DNA of 64,000 bases from positions 11,904,001 through 11,968,000 of the forward strand of contig CM069163.1 of NCBI GenBank assembly GCA_035221665.1, in the 5' to 3' direction. The stretch comes from Okamejei kenojei (Eukaryota). Under the pieces are notes generated by a model. That model saw nothing but the letters and a program-made list of their open reading frames with translations, was not told the DNA's origin and did not search any database. The position numbers were made by a program, and so were the translations under genes. This document shows, one piece after another, positions 25,830 to 40,328 of this stretch (position 1 is the first letter of the stretch; each line of letters starts with the position of its first letter).

Positions 25830-25986
25830 TTCAATTTCACCAGCTCTTTTCAGAGCAGTTTCAGTAAGTTCCTGAACTTTATTGTAAGGATCCACGTTAC
25901 TGTCCTGATTCTTGGTCTTTTCATTTTGAAGCTGATTAATGAGAGCATCTTTGCTTTTGATGGTCTCACTCAACTGCTCAATTAAC
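25830..25986 (-). CDS. CDK5RAP2: CDK5RAP2 exon 8 (LIEQLSETIKSKDALINQLQNEK...GEIE)
   Basis: 157 nt, phase 2/0, tag/gtaagt. Confidence 0.92.
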
Positions 25987-26331
25987 CTAACAAATTTGAA
26001 GCACAAAAAGATCTGTTCACATAGACAGTTAACCAAGTGTTGCAGAAATTGCCAAATGCTTTAAATATTGTTCTAAAGATAAGGTTTCTTATATTGTGAA
26101 CTATGCTTTCAGTGGAACCATCACAGCATTAAAACTACACAGTACTACTGTATTATACATAATGATTGAGCACCGATAGAAAAATAGCAAAGAAGTTATT
26201 TTTTGTAAAGTAAAACGTGTATTATCTTTCTAGCAAACCCGCAGTGCATTGCCAAATTCAAAATAATGTAACACGACAAAAAGAAAATTTGTGTGTTTTC
26301 ACATTGATAAACCAAAGTACTTAGTACTGAC

Positions 26332-26495
26332 TGCTCAGTTTCCACGAGGCTCTTGCATTGTTCCGGGGATGAAGGCAATCCCATACGGTTTTGTTTAAGT
26401 GACAACATCTGCTTTTCTAGGTTCATACTCCGCATTTTCTCTTGCTCAGCAATAGTAGCCATCTTTTCCAATTCTGCCTGGGTTGTTTTAACATC
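26332..26495 (-). CDS. CDK5RAP2: CDK5RAP2 exon 7 (DVKTTQAELEKMATIAEQEK...)
   Basis: 164 nt, phase 0/2, aag/gtcagt; matches DVTAAQAELEK. Confidence 0.9.
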
Positions 26496-26817
26496 CTTAT
26501 TTCAGAGAAAAAAAAAAAGTTTTTTTCTCCCCAATAACTTCACAATATATACACATTTCCTGTCCAAAAATGCATTTGCACATGTGATTGAGACCCCGAT
26601 GTCCATTGTGGGGTTGAAAAAGCAAAATGGTTTTTAAAACCTCTTCTCCAAATTGAAAACAATGGCACTAAACTGTCAGGAATAAAATTTCCTGTTTCCC
26701 CACTGAAAGACCAAATGCCTCAAAAAGGTTGCTTAGATATTCCACAAAATAATTCAGGCAATTTGGGCCAAAGCAAGCCAGCAATTTTTTTTTTCCAGAG
26801 GAATAAAAACAGGAAAA

Positions 26818-28022
26818 GCAGGTAAAGCAGTGGATTTTGTCTATATGGATTTCAGTAAGGCCTTTGACAAGGTTCCCCATGGAAGGTTGGTTAAGAAGGT
26901 TCAATCTTTGGGTGTTAATGGCGGAGTAACAAGATGGATTCAACAGTGGCTGAATGGGAGATGTCAGAGAGTAATGGTGGATGGCTGTTTGTCAGGTAGG
27001 AAGCCGGTGACCAGTGGGGCGCCTCAGGGATCTGTGTTGGGTCCACTGTTGATTGTCATGTACATCAATGATCTGGATGATGGGGTGGAAAATTGGATAA
27101 GTAAGTATGCAGATGATACTAAGATAGGTGGTGTTGTGGATAATGAAGTAGATTTTCAAAGTCTAGAGAGATTTGGGCCATTTGGAAAAGTGGGCTGAAA
27201 GATGGCAGATGGAGTTTAATGCTGTTAAGTGTGAAGTGCTACATCTTGGCAGGCAAATCAAAATAGGACGCACATGGTAAATGGTAGGGAATTGAGGAAT
27301 GCTGTGGAACAGAGGGATCTAGGAATAACTGTGCATAGTTCCCTGAAGGTGGAATCGCATGTAGATAGGGTGGTAATGAAAGCCTTTGGTGTGCTGGCCT
27401 TTATAAATCAGAGCATTGAATATAGGAGTAGGGAAGTAATGTTAAAATTGTACAAGGCATTGGTAAGACCAATTCTGGAGTATGGTGTACAATTTTGGTC
27501 GCCTAATTATAGGAAGGATGTCAACAAAATAGAGTACAGAGGAGATTTACTAGAATGTTGCCAGGGTTCCAGCAACTATGTTACAGAGAAAGGATGAACA
27601 AGTTAGGTCTTTATTCTTTGGAGCGCAGAAGGTTAAGGGGGGACTTGATTGAGGTCTTTAAAATGATGAAAGGGATAGACAGAGTTGACATGGATAGGTT
27701 TTTCCCATTGAGGGTAGGGAAGATTCAAACAAGAGGGCATGACATGAGAATTAAGGGACAGAAGTTTAGGGGTAACGTGAGGGGGAACTTCTTTACTCAG
27801 AGGGTGGTGGCTGTGTGGAATGAGCTTCCAGCAGAAGTGGTGGAGGCAGGATCGATTTTAACATTTAAAAGTAAAGTGGATAGGTATATGGACGTGAAGG
27901 GAATGGAGGGGTATGGTCTGAGTGTAGGTAGATTGGACTAGGGGAAAACAAATGGTCGGCACGGACTGGAAGGGCCGAGAGGGCCTGTTTCCGTGCTGTA
28001 ATTGTTATATAGTTATATGGTT
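26818..28022 (+). mobile_element. Young 5'-truncated CR1 LINE with 16-bp TSD
   Basis: RT motifs YMDFSKAFDKVPH, PQGSVLGP, YADD, with frameshifts; tail ttatatggtt; TSD aataaaaacaggaaaa at 26802-26817 and 28023-28038. Confidence 0.92.
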
Positions 28023-28212
28023 AATAAAAACAGGAAAATGCACGAGGACCATCAATGGTGTCTATGGCACAACTTGCTCTATGAAAGCAGTCCAATCAAA
28101 ATGAACCCTGAAAACTTATAGCTGGACAAATTGCAACAAAGATAAGCTTTATAATCTACCTTTTTTTTTTTTAAATGAGTTTGGGGAAATCAAACAATTT
28201 GAGGAACAGCCA

Positions 28213-28283
28213 TGGTCTGATTGAATAGCAAATGACGGTTTGGCCTCATTTGGTCTGATTGAATAGCAAATGAGGGTTTGGCC
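28213..28283. repeat. Tandem duplication, period 38
   Basis: tggtctgattgaatagcaaatga(c/g)ggtttggcc occurs twice. Confidence 0.85.
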
Positions 28284-28712
28284 AACTCTTGATCCTAGTT
28301 CTCAGGAGAAACCTGAAACCAAGGTTTGAAGACAAACAGAAATGCAGGTGCTAGGATCTAGAACAAAATAGAACATTGGAAGAACTCCACAGGGCAAGCA
28401 GCATTAGTGCAAGCTGAGAAAGCCCTCGGCTGCTGCAGGGCCTCCTCAGTCACCCTAATCCACCTTGGCCCACCAACTGATGGCTGTTGCAGACAGAGCA
28501 TAGGTACTCAGCAGAATAGTAACCTCGTCTATGTTTGGTTTCACCAATGTAAAGGAGATAGCAGCATGAGCACTGGATGCAGTGGACCAGTTTGGAGGAG
28601 ATGTAGAGCAACCTCGGTCTGACCTGGAAAGGCTGGTTGGTAGCAATAGTTCAACTAAAGGACAATCATTACATCTCCTTCGGTTGCTGGGAAAAGTGCC
28701 ATGGGACGGATT

Positions 28713-28742
28713 GGGGTGGGGGGGGGGGGGGGGGGGGGGGGG
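28713..28742 (+). repeat. Poly-G tract
   Basis: Direct observation. Confidence 0.9.
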
Positions 28743-28998
28743 AAGATGGGGAGCTGTAGGAGTGGATACTATTTAGAAAAATGCCAATTACAAATTTGTC
28801 TCCAGAAAAAATAAAGTATCATAGATGATCTCGGCAAACTCGAGGGCAGAGAAGAAGTTGGTGGACAAAATAGACTCGCTTTTAATACCTTAAGCCTTAC
28901 ATTTTTTTTAAATACTGAAAAGTTAACCACATCAATAACTGATGTATTTAAAAACGCTAATCTTTCTCTGATCATATAGAAATACAGAACAGATTTAC

Positions 28999-29122
28999 CT
29001 CCTCCAAAAGATGGATCTGGTCACCCAGAAGTTGTTTCACCTGAAGCACCTCCTTCCGATTTGCATCTTTCATGCGCTGAATTAGTGCATCACTGTTGCC
29101 AGCCAAACTCTCTACAGCTTTT
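28999..29122 (-). CDS. CDK5RAP2: CDK5RAP2 exon 6 (KAVESLAGNSDALIQRMKDANRKEVLQVKQLLGDQIHLLEE)
   Basis: 124 nt, phase 2/0, cag/gtaaat. Confidence 0.95.
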
Positions 29123-31734
29123 CTGTTTAAGCAATTTTAACAGCACATGGTTAAAGACTTTAGCTACATATTTTTTTTTTAAATTCTGAGAATTTTAAAT
29201 TCTAAAAATTTATATTTTTAAGAGCTATCATTGGTCACAACATCCAGGGGCCAAATGTTAACTGAATTCCTTTACCATGTGCCCCAAACCTTGTTTACCA
29301 GTATCTAACCCAGTAAATCAACATCAGAATCGTTTAATGACTACACTTATCTGGGTCTTTTTCCTCTGCTTCATTATTTCCACAGAGTTTTTGGGCAAAT
29401 AGCATGATTTGGTTTATTATTGTCATGCGCACTGAGATCCAGTGAAAAACTGTGTTTTGTGTGCTGTTAAAGTAAATTATACCACACAAGAATACCTTAG
29501 GTGGTGCAAAACAAAAAGCAAATGCAGTATGTATGGCTTTACAGTTTATAGCAGAAGTACAGTTAAAAAAAAGGACCACAATAAGGTAGATTGTAAGATT
29601 GGGAATTAATTTGGACTGTTTAGTAGTCTGATAACAGCATGGAAGAAGCTATTCTTGAATTTGGTGGTACGTGCTTTCAAGCTTTTGAATCTTCTGTTCG
29701 ACAGAAGGAAGAATGATTGCATATGTGATCCTTGGTTGTGTTGGCTGCTTTGCTGAAACAGCATGACGTGTAGATGGATTCTTGGGCAGAGCAGCTGCCA
29801 AACTAAGCTCATGTTAGGATGCTTTCTACAGTGCATCTGTAGAAACTGGTAGAAACTGGCAAGATATGGTGCATCTGCATTGAAGGCTGCCCTCTCACTC
29901 TCTCTTCGCACCCCAGTCCCACCATGCCTCTTTACACTAGGGACTTTCCATAAATTTTATAATAACAGAAGAATACAAGCAGAGTACACCATTGTTACCA
30001 ACCTCAATTCAACAAAGACTATTTCAATGAAAGCATTTTACTGACTGAAACAGCATTTAAATCCTAGCATTGTTAACTGTATCAACTCCTTCACAGAAAT
30101 CCGTTTCTGAACACTAATGTTTGCAAGTGTGCATTAGATCATCCCCTAAATAAGCCAACAGTATGAATTACTGACTGGACACAAATGGGTCCTGACAACA
30201 TATGGAGTAGTACCCAAACCATCGGAGTGGATTTACAATAGATATAACTGCTCCTCCTGTAATAATTTTATGGGCTTAAACAAACAATAGATAAAATAGA
30301 GATATTCATAATTTCATATAACCTCAGCTCACTTATTAATTATTCTTTAACTTTTGTCTCAGAGTAATTTAAGAGGATATTTGGTTATTTTTAAGAATTC
30401 TTGAGTCAAAAGAATATGGGTTGGGCACTGACACATGGGGACTAGCTTGATTAGGCAATATATTCAGCATGGATGGGTTGAGCCGAATGGCCTGTTTGTA
30501 TGCTGTACAAGGTCTATGGCTAATTCAAATGGCAATAGTACTACAATAACTACTTTAGAGAGTGTTGACAGAGAAACTAAAATTTAACGAAGGACAGCAC
30601 AGCTATGAAAATGTAAAAAAAGTCAAATCCTTACATTTCTGAAGAACCACTAACAAGTTAATTTGATCTTCCAAGTCACAAGATAGTTTATGACCAGTGC
30701 AGTTTATTTTAAAACAGCAAAACAAGTTTCCCCATATGTACCATGCAGGAGGGACATCAATAACAGACCACCTGATCAAATTGTGCAACATGTCACAGCA
30801 TGACTAAATCAGTACAGCATGAACTCGAACTAGCCTAGCTATTAGTAGCTTTCTGCTTGACAAGATCATAAATTTCTCGATGGGAGGTAAATGGAACAGA
30901 TTAACTGTGAGCCAACTATCCAATGATCACAGCTTTTGTAACACCCATTCCCCCTCCACAGAATCACAGCAAGTTTATAGCACATTGCACTGGCGCCAGT
31001 TGCAAAAGCTTAAAAATCTAACTTTACCACCCAAACTGCTATGTATCTATTTGGTGACCCTTGATCGGACATTTACCTTGCACTAAATGTTATTCCCTTA
31101 TCACGTATCTATACACTGCAACTGGCTTGATTGTAATCATGTGCTATCTTTCTGCTGAATGGATAGCATGCATCAAAAGCTTTTCAATGTACCTCGGTAA
31201 ACGTGACAATAAACTAAACTGAAACAAGGACTGTAGCCATTTGCTTTCTCCGATTCAAACGCTTTTTGTCAAGCATTAACTCAAATACGAAAGCTTTCTG
31301 TCAAGTCTTAAAATGTTGCTTTGACCAAGTTAACAAATAGCTCAAACTACATAAATACTACTGAGAGCACAAACCACAACTAATCTCAGCACTGCTGAGC
31401 CACAAGGGGAATTTTGCTGAAGAATTTGGCAGCGGATTTGGCTACATGATGCACGCTGAAGCAGGAAGTGACTGTTGCACTTACCAGAAGATACAAAAAC
31501 AAAAACAGCTCTCCATCAATGATACATCACAGCATTGGTCCAACGTGCGACCAAATTCGAGAACATTTCAGAAATAAAAGTAGTCAGAAAAATTGTTTCA
31601 GGTTCTATCATAAGAAAATCAATGACATTTGGCAAATCAAAAATAAATGAAATATGCACATGCCTAAGACTTTGCCACGGGCCTTTCAAAATCTGTTTCA
31701 ACTGTTTGACAAAAACAAAATCACCAGCACTTAC

Positions 31735-31811
31735 GAAGCTTTGACAAGCAGCTCCTGTTTCTCCTTTAATTCATACTTTAAACTCTCCAGTTCTACTTTG
31801 AGTTCAATGTT
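31735..31811 (-). CDS. CDK5RAP2: CDK5RAP2 exon 5 (NIELKVELESLKYELKEKQELLVKA)
   Basis: 77 nt, phase 0/2, tag/gtaagt. Confidence 0.95.
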
Positions 31812-33326
31812 CTACAAAAACAAAGTTCACCAAATAAAATTAATGCAACAGAAATGAAACTGTAAACAGTCACAAATTGTTATATTTAATTTAAAAACAG
31901 CTTTCCTGCTAATAACACGGACTATAACCAATTCAAAATGTCTGACTTTAGGCATTGTGACAAGTTGATTACAGTTAACCATGAAATGCAAACGCATGCA
32001 AGACCTTTTCTCTGGAATACTAGCTGATTGGCACCCTGGCTCACAGAATCAGCCATTTAGATTTTTTTAATTAAGACAATAAAAACCAGTAATCAATAGA
32101 ATACAGCAAATGAATACTGTGGGAACATTTAAAAAAAAAATCATTCCTCAGAACATCCATCTAATTAAAAGAAATACACAACTGCCTGCCTTTACAAATA
32201 AACTTGCCACAGATTCTACTTAACCTGCTGCTTTTTTTCTAGTATTGCCTTTACATCAGATTTCTAGCATTACCAAAAAGGTGCGTTGCATTTAGAATGT
32301 GCCCTCTAATCCTAGACTCCAAAATTTGAAGTTGTGTGAAGTGGATTAGATTAAAGGACTGTGGGGAAAGAGTGCCACAGGTATCCAGGGGCACATTCCG
32401 AGGCGAGACAAGGATTGCAGTGGGGTGCTGTCAAGCTAAACAGTGGAATCAGGGTTAGCTTCATTAAAAAAAAAGTTGGTGATACATTTTTTTTCCCCCC
32501 GGTTTTAAAGTAATGCCACATATTGTGCCAAAGTAATGCCAAAACTCTTGTATAAAGACAGCCCATTAGCAGGTGCACTATCATAAATTTGTTAAACAGT
32601 CCCAATATTTTGGCCAAGCAAACAATGTTGATCAAGGTGAAAACCGCGTAATTTCCTTCATCTTCTAGAAGGGAGACCAACGGCTTTTGTGATCTTCTCA
32701 AAGAACACTGGTACTGTATCCTGAGGATTTTCTAGACTAAAGTCAGGCACTGGAAAGAGTGGTATGTTTGAACGACAACAAACCCCAATGTCCAGTCACA
32801 GTGGTCTGCTTTCAAGGTTGCGAAGCATTGCAATGTTAGCCTCATTATTGATACGGTGATTTATTTGAAATCAAGCTCACAACTATTGTGGTGGCATTGG
32901 CACATTACCTTTGATTAATAGTTCAGACTTAGTCCAGTATCCGATACATTATTGCTGCACTCATCAATGCAACTAGAGACAGACACCCCTAACTAGCATC
33001 TTATAAATGGTGACATGGCCAATTCAAATGACGAGTCATCCACCTCAAGTATATCCGGAGTTTGAACTACTGCAGCTGGGCAATCGCAATGCCCATAACC
33101 CCAAGTTAATTTTGCTTCTTTCCTTACAGATAAATCTTAGTGCACGATACCATTTGTTGTGTTATTTCATTTTTTTAGCATCACTAATCTTTTTAAACAA
33201 ACAGTTTACTGAAGCTATTTATTTGAATAGAGTGTTAGTGGAAAAGGGGGAACGTCAAATCTCCTTTACCAGCAAGCTTACATGATTTGCATTTCAAGGT
33301 TTCATCAGTAATTTAAAATCTCTTAC

Positions 33327-33437
33327 CATCTTAAATATATCCTCACTACCATCATCAAATTTCTGCTGCATCCGCTCCTCAAGGAAGTAGATGCGAAGTT
33401 TGAGATTGAAATTCTCCTTCTTGAGATCAGTGATTTG
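33327..33437 (-). CDS. CDK5RAP2: CDK5RAP2 exon 4, CM1/gamma-TuNA core (QITDLKKENFNLKLRIYFLEERMQQKFDDGSEDIFKM)
   Basis: 111 nt, phase 0/0, cag/gtaaga; canonical centrosomin motif 1. Confidence 0.97.
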
Positions 33438-34329
33438 CTGAAAGATAAAAATAATTACGAGACATGTCCGCAGGTATAGTACATCCTCCAATCCATCCCA
33501 AAACAAGCTCTGACATCCTTCTGCATGATGCACTGTCTAGTCACCACTGAGTTATGGCTGACAAACCCGTAGCCCCGGATACGTCATCTCGGAGGTTAGT
33601 TCAGGAAAGTGGTGCCATGGTGAAAGATCAGACATTATCTTAAGATTCTTACAGCCTGGAAACAGGCCCTTTGGCCAAACATACCCATGTTAACACATGC
33701 CCCATCCACACGAGCCCCACTTGCCCATACGTCGCCCATAACCCTCTAAACCTATCCTATCCGTGCACTTCTCCAAATGTATCTTAAATGTCATGATAGT
33801 ATCTGCCTCAACTATCTCCTCTGGCAGCTTGTTCCATATACCAACCACCTTGTGTAAAAATTGTGTTCATGCCTGTACTCGGATGCGTTCTCTGTCCACA
33901 TTATATGACAGTCTACCTTTAGATTCTTTCTTTCCAAATTATATTGTATATCTTTATTATCATTCTGAGTATTTGCATACCCAGAGGAAAACGAAAAAGC
34001 GTTTCTCAACCAATATCCATTCAGTGTGGTAAAAAATAAATGGAAATAGAGAATAAAAGTACATATATCACGAGTTCCTTTCCATGCAATAGTTGACGGC
34101 CAAGAACCAATTATTGTGCAACTACCACTTGTAGCTTTCAAGCCCAAAAATGATCCAAATTCAGATTTTGTCTTCAATCCACGTTAAGACACTACCCCCA
34201 ATTCTGCACGCTCTTATTTTGTGCGTCAAACGTTTTAAAATGACCATCTACAGGCTCCCCTCCTAATCAGGAGCAATGTGTGGGTCTCCAATCAGATGAC
34301 CTAGCTAAGTGGCCAAGCTATTAGATTAT

Positions 34330-35800
34330 AACATAGAACAGTACAGCACAAGCTCAGACCCTTCAACCCACAACGTCTACATCGAACATGCTGCCATTAT
34401 CTACCAACGTGCAATCCATATCCTTCCATTCCCTGCATATCAATACCCCTATACAAAAGCCTCTTAAATGCCATGATCGCATCTGCCTCCACCACCACTG
34501 GCAGTGCGTTCAAGACACTCACCACCCTATCTAAAAAGATATCCTTTAATAAAAAAGTTTATCTTTTAAAACTTTGGCCTTCGCACCTTCAAGCTATGAT
34601 CTCTAATATTTGATTTTTCCATCCTGGTAAAAAGGATGGAAAAATTGTATATACTTCCCTCAGGTCTCCCCGAAACCTCCAGTAATCCAGCAAAAAACTG
34701 TCTAAGTCTGCCCAACCTCACCATGTAGCTAATATCCCCTAATCCAGGCAACATTCTGGTAAACCTCTGCATCCTTTCCAAAGCCTCTTCATCTTTCGCC
34801 ACCTCTAACAGGATCCCAATTCTAGACACATCTTCCCATCACCACCCCTTTCTGCAGAGAACGTTCCCTCTGCAACACCCTGGTTAACACATCCCTTCCA
34901 ACCCAAACCACCTCTCCCCAGATATCTTCCTCTGCAACCGCAGGAGATGCAACACCTGTCTCTGTACCTCCTCCCTCAACTTTGTCCAGTCACCCAACAG
35001 TCATTTCACGTTTGGCAGAGGTTCACTTGCACTTCCTCCAACCTCATCTACTGTATCCTTTGTTCAAAATGTGGACTCTTATACATCGGCGAGAACAAAC
35101 GTAGACTGAGCGATCATTTAGCTGATCCCCATCGCTTAGTCTGCCTCGACCTACCCGATCTCCTGGTTGCTCAACACTCTCCTTCCCATTCCCACATTTG
35201 CCATTCTGTCCTAGGTCTCCTCCATCGTCAGAGTGAGGCTAAACAGAAATTGGAGGAACAGCATTCAAATTTTGCTGGGCAGTTTATAACCCAGTGGTAT
35301 GAATATTGAATTCTATAACCTTATCTAACTTCAAGCATTCCCTGCATTCCCTCTCATCCCTCCCCCACCCAAGTCACACCAGCTTTGTTTTCTCACCCAA
35401 CTGCTAACAATGGCCCGTTTCCTTTACTTTTCTGCATCTTTCATTCATTGTTTTATATTTATCTACATCATCTATATCTCTCATTTCACTTCCCTGTGAC
35501 TTTCAGTCTGAAGAAGGTCTCAACCTGAAATGTCACCCATTCCTTCTCTCCAGAGATGCTGCCTGTCCTGCTGAGTTGCCACAGCTGTTTGTGTCTATCT
35601 TCTACATCTTTCCCGTAATACTCCAAATGTGGCCTAAATAAAGTCCTATAAAGTTGCATCATGACTTCCTGATATTTACACTCAATGCCTGGATGCATGA
35701 AGGTAAGCTTACCAAATGCCTTCTTTACCACTCTATCTACAGTGTTGGCACATTCAGGGCAATATGGACTTGGATCCCAAGATTCCTCGGTACACCCAAT
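34330..35800 (-). mobile_element. CR1 fragment split by a Penelope insertion
   Basis: Minus-strand ORF2 C-terminal remnants (MQLYRTLFRPHLEY; LERMQRFTRMLPGL) on either side of 34798-35604. Confidence 0.75.
34798..35604 (+). mobile_element. Penelope-like retroelement 3' part: GIY-YIG endonuclease plus terminal repeat with hammerhead core
   Basis: FTCTSSNLIYCILCSKCGLLYIGE GIY-YIG signature; CTGAAGA-AGGT ctca ACCT-GAAA-TGTC at 35508-35534; flanking repeat catctttc. Confidence 0.88.
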
Positions 35801-38800
35801 CACTCCGTACAGATTATGATGAGTGTAGATCGCCATGGTAGTAAAGTCTCTCTAATCCCATTCCAAAGTTTCATCTTTCTAATAGCATCCCAACTTGTAA
35901 AGAATTGATGCTTTCAAAGCATGATCAGTACTCAACTTTGGCCATGTCCTGTAATGTTTTCCTACCCACTACCTCCCCAATGAAAACAAGTTTTTATGCT
36001 CATCAATAGGAAACGTTAATCTCCATTTCATAAACTCCACCATTCTCTATAGCCTCTTTCATACTTCATCAGCACAATACTCCATCTTACACATTTAAAT
36101 TATATTTAAAAACCTCAATACCATTCTGTATATTAAACTATTATAAGTTCTGCCAGACTTCAATTTTAGAAATAAACATGAGTTTTGTGAAAATGACCTC
36201 AAAGCCCCGAGAAAAAAAACAGCAAGAGCATAAATCGTACTTGATTATGGAACTGAGCCACAGCTGCTCCTGATAACAATGACTTTACAGAATGCTTGTC
36301 GACAGTGTTCAAATGCCCTCTTCTCCAATTGTTACCAGTAACTAGGTCATTCTCATTCAATTCAGAAGAGTGAAAAAGGGATCTTCAATGACAATGGAAA
36401 CATTTTAAATTATACTAAAATGCAATTTGTAACTAATTTCCCCTCAAATAAATAAAATTCTAATGAGCACTAACATGCAAATACTATACAAGTATGTCAA
36501 TTCAGAAAAAAAAATTGAAAAATTTGTGAGTCGGGAAAAACCATTTCCCCAATGCAAAACTTCTAGGTGCGTTCAAGGTCAGGAATTTCAATAAAGCACA
36601 ATCCCTTTAAAAGTATTTTTTCTATATCCTTAATTCATTAAATTAAAAATCATGTTCTCTTTCAAGGAGGCACCTGCAAAGGAAAAAAAGAGTTCAAGGG
36701 GTCTCAATAGGGTGGAAACATCCTTGTGAGATTAGAGTTGGGGGTCATTATTGAGAGAAGCGCCCCCCCCCCCCCCCCCTTCAATGTACAATTTTCTGAG
36801 GATCATATCTTTGGAAGTCTTCCCCAAAAGATGCAGGAAGGGGAAACAGAGGAAGAGTTTCAATTTGCAAAAGAATTACATGGAATATGGTGTACACTAG
36901 CCATGATTTTATTCATAGGTGCAGGAGACTTGAGGAGTGCAGTGATCTAGTCTTGCTCCTAATGTGTAGTAGGTGTGTGTGCACCATAGACACCCAAAAC
37001 AGCTTTTTTCTTCATTTGATATAAATGCCTAAAGTAAAAATCTTTATTTTGCAACATAATAACATATTTAATGATGTGCCTCACTGAGAATGTCATTTTA
37101 GCAGTGCTTTAGCAATGTTGAGCTGTTTCAGCAGTATTACTATTTTGCTCCTACCGAGATCATTATTGTTCGTTCATAGGACCAGAATTAGGCCATTCGA
37201 CCCATCAAGCATATTCCATCATTCACTCATGGCTGATCTATCTTTTCCCCTCAACCCCGTTCTCTTTCCTTTTACCCTTAACATCCTTACTAATCAAGCT
37301 CTAATAGATCCACATAACTAAACTTTCTTGCTCGAACCTAATTTCATCAAACCTCACCTCATTTTCTAATTTGTCTAGATCTTACAGGTTTCTAACTACA
37401 GGTAGTAAGGACTGAACACAATATCCTCGTGCATGGATTGCAAGAATAATGCTGGACGGCAATGCCTGGACATTGTTAGCCATATTCTCAATGTTTCCAA
37501 TTGTCCAAAGGGCATGGTCAAAAAGACCATGATGCTTGTCTAGATTATTCCATGGAAGGAAAAAGAAAAAATGCCACAAGATAAATGAGACGGAGCACTG
37601 CTACCTGTGCTTTTGTTGTTGGATCATTTCAACAGCAAATGGTTAGCTTTTTGAATGGCCCATACAAATCTTCATGTTCAAAGTGGTAGATTAAGAGGCT
37701 TAAGTTATAGTCAACCTCAGCATCAAGAAAAGCAAGGCCATGCTTGGCTGCCTTGAACAATATTCTCATCCTGAAGTGAAGAAGCATCATTGTCTAGAGC
37801 AGCCAACTCTCATCCACATGAAACATTTGTTTAAGAGTAGCCACCTTCCTCAATTATTTATTTCAGCTGGAGGGCGAGCAGGAACTCAGTGGGAAAAGCC
37901 TGCTTTGGTGCTGTATGGTTTTATGGCTATGAATGATTCCACCACCTTTTAAAGAATTGCAAAGACTCAGAGCCTTGCTTTATAGAGAAAATGTATAAGT
38001 AGATGAGAACCTGCATTACTGCAGCACAGTGGAAAAACAAGCACAGCCTACTCACTGTTGTAAAATTGATTATAAACCTGTTTTGTGTCCCTGTTTCTCT
38101 GCCTGGATTAAAGCAAGCACACTTTTTAGACTTGAACAAAGTTGCCAAATATGTTGTAGTCAGGGAATACTTTTGCCCCCAGTGGACTGGGCCATTCAAT
38201 GCCGGATCATTATTCATTAGTAGCCACCTCCAAGAAACTTGAAAGTACTTTTCAGTTACTTCAGTGGCGTAACAGCATAAAAAAATAAACTTTAATTTAA
38301 AAAAAAAAAAATGCAGAAATACACAGCCATGATTTTTTTTTTGAGAAGTGAGGCATGCAGATTTTACTAGTAAATCACAAATGGGTTATTTAATGAGGCA
38401 ATGAATGAGGGTCTGACAAGCTTCATAACCTTGCTTCTTGGGAGAACTGGCCTGGACAAAAGCCAAATCTAAGCTTGACTGCAATTGTTTAAATGTAATA
38501 AAATGCACAATTAAAGAACAGAAATTTGGGTTTAAAATACCACAGGTTTAATAGTGTTATGGGAGGTTAACATGAGCACCATTTAAAGTTTTTGTTACAC
38601 ATTGCCTTTCCATGCTCCAAGCACTATCAGGCAAGGTGGCAGAGAATTCCACAGGAGAACCTTCGGTATAAAAAACATACAAGTAAAATGACGCACATTT
38701 CAACCTCCCACAACACCATTAAACCTGTATTATTTTAAAGTCAAATTTCTGTTCTTTAATCTCTTTTTTTTTTAAATTACATTTAACATTACAAACATTG

Positions 38801-39032
38801 TAATAACACAGTTATGATCACTATGCTCATAATGGCACTCACTGCAAATGATCATCAGGCTACGCTCATTTACCAATACAATGTCCAGTATGGCTCTTCT
38901 CTGTTTGGACAATCTCTATACTGTGTCAAGACATCCTCTCAAAGCACAATACAATCTGCACCATCCAAGCCTCTGGCACCAAGGACGTCAATTTTGTGAA
39001 AGTTAAAATTACCCATTGAAACAAGGTCAGGT

Positions 39033-39033
<1 letters not shown>

Positions 39034-39063
<30 letters not shown>
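39034..39063 (+). repeat. Poly-G tract
   Basis: Direct observation. Confidence 0.9.
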
Positions 39064-39064
<1 letters not shown>

Positions 39065-40263
39065 GAAAGGGGGGTTGATTGATTACCCATGTAATCAATC
39101 CCATGCTACCTGCTCCATGGTCGGTGACAAAAACGGTCTCCCCCACTTGATTTGCCAGGTGAGGAGGGGGCTGTGGAACCCCAGCCGGGCCAAAAACAAG
39201 ACCTGTCAAAGGGCAGATGAGCTTCTAGCGAGCCATCGGCCATCTACACTTCAGTAGAGGTTGTAATCACTGTCGTACATAGCATTGTAAGGGATGATCG
39301 TAAAGCACACACACCAAAATCCTATACTTTCAGCGGCGGAAGTCCGCAGGAACTGGAGGACATAGATGTGTGGTGCGTCTGTCACCAGTCCCGTTGGAAA
39401 CCAGCACAACTGCGTCGCTGGGATTGCCAATTTTGTGTGTGTGTCTGTGTGTGTGTGTGTGCGTGTATATATTTCTCCAGTGGGCTGTCTGGAGGCCTCT
39501 AGTATAACCCCATCATAATGATTGCACACTTTTTTCTGAGCTTTAGCCATATTTCCGCACTGAATGAGCCCTCTGGAATGTCTTCTCCAACTGCATCTGC
39601 AATATTCTCTGTGCAACTCTCCCATTTATTTCATATCCTTCACTATCACAATAGAAACATATAAACCTTGGAACATGGAACCGCCAGTCCTGCCCTTCTC
39701 TTGACCAAATCTCTAAATAGCCACCACACTGTAGTTCTAATTACTATAGGTTAACATCAGGAATAGTTACATCAGTAGTAACTCATCCAAGACAAGAATC
39801 CAGCAGATACTTGATTTAAGATATTGTTGATTTGATTCATGGCTTAGCCTACTGGCAGCCCCTTGGGAATTTCAGTGGAATAGATCAGATTCCAATTGTA
39901 CACTGTTCCACTTTTTTCCTACCCCACCCCACTGGGTACACTCTTTGCTCTATGTCCAGTGAGAGACAAGTAGTTTGCTCCACTAAATTCATACTAAGAC
40001 CCAAACTATCACCTTCCTTTCTGGACAAAGGCTCCAATATTCACCTTGCACACTTATTTAGACTGCTACAACTTTCATAGGATGCCAAGTGCTCTCACAC
40101 ATTCAAAAATTAATTACAATAAAATGATTAAAAGTAAAAGAGAAATACGATAACCAAACAGAACAATGCACAAACTCCCAAAAAATGGAAATGTGCAACG
40201 TAAAAACTATTCACTCCAAATATTACTGAAATACTATAAGCATGCAAACTGTTTCCAACTTAC

Positions 40264-40328
40264 TGTTTCATATTCTTTCATGGTCCGAGCATGAATTGGA
40301 GACAATTTCCCAGTGATGTTGGGGAACA
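40264..40328 (-). CDS. CDK5RAP2: CDK5RAP2 exon 3 (FPNITGKLSPIHARTMKEYET), start of CM1
   Basis: tttccag acceptor, gtaagt donor; matches SPTRARNMKDFEN of CDK5RAP2. Confidence 0.9.

Noticed and set aside
26830-27941. RT ORFs as a functional host or autonomous gene
   Set aside because: 5'-truncated, frameshifted CR1 with a TSD.
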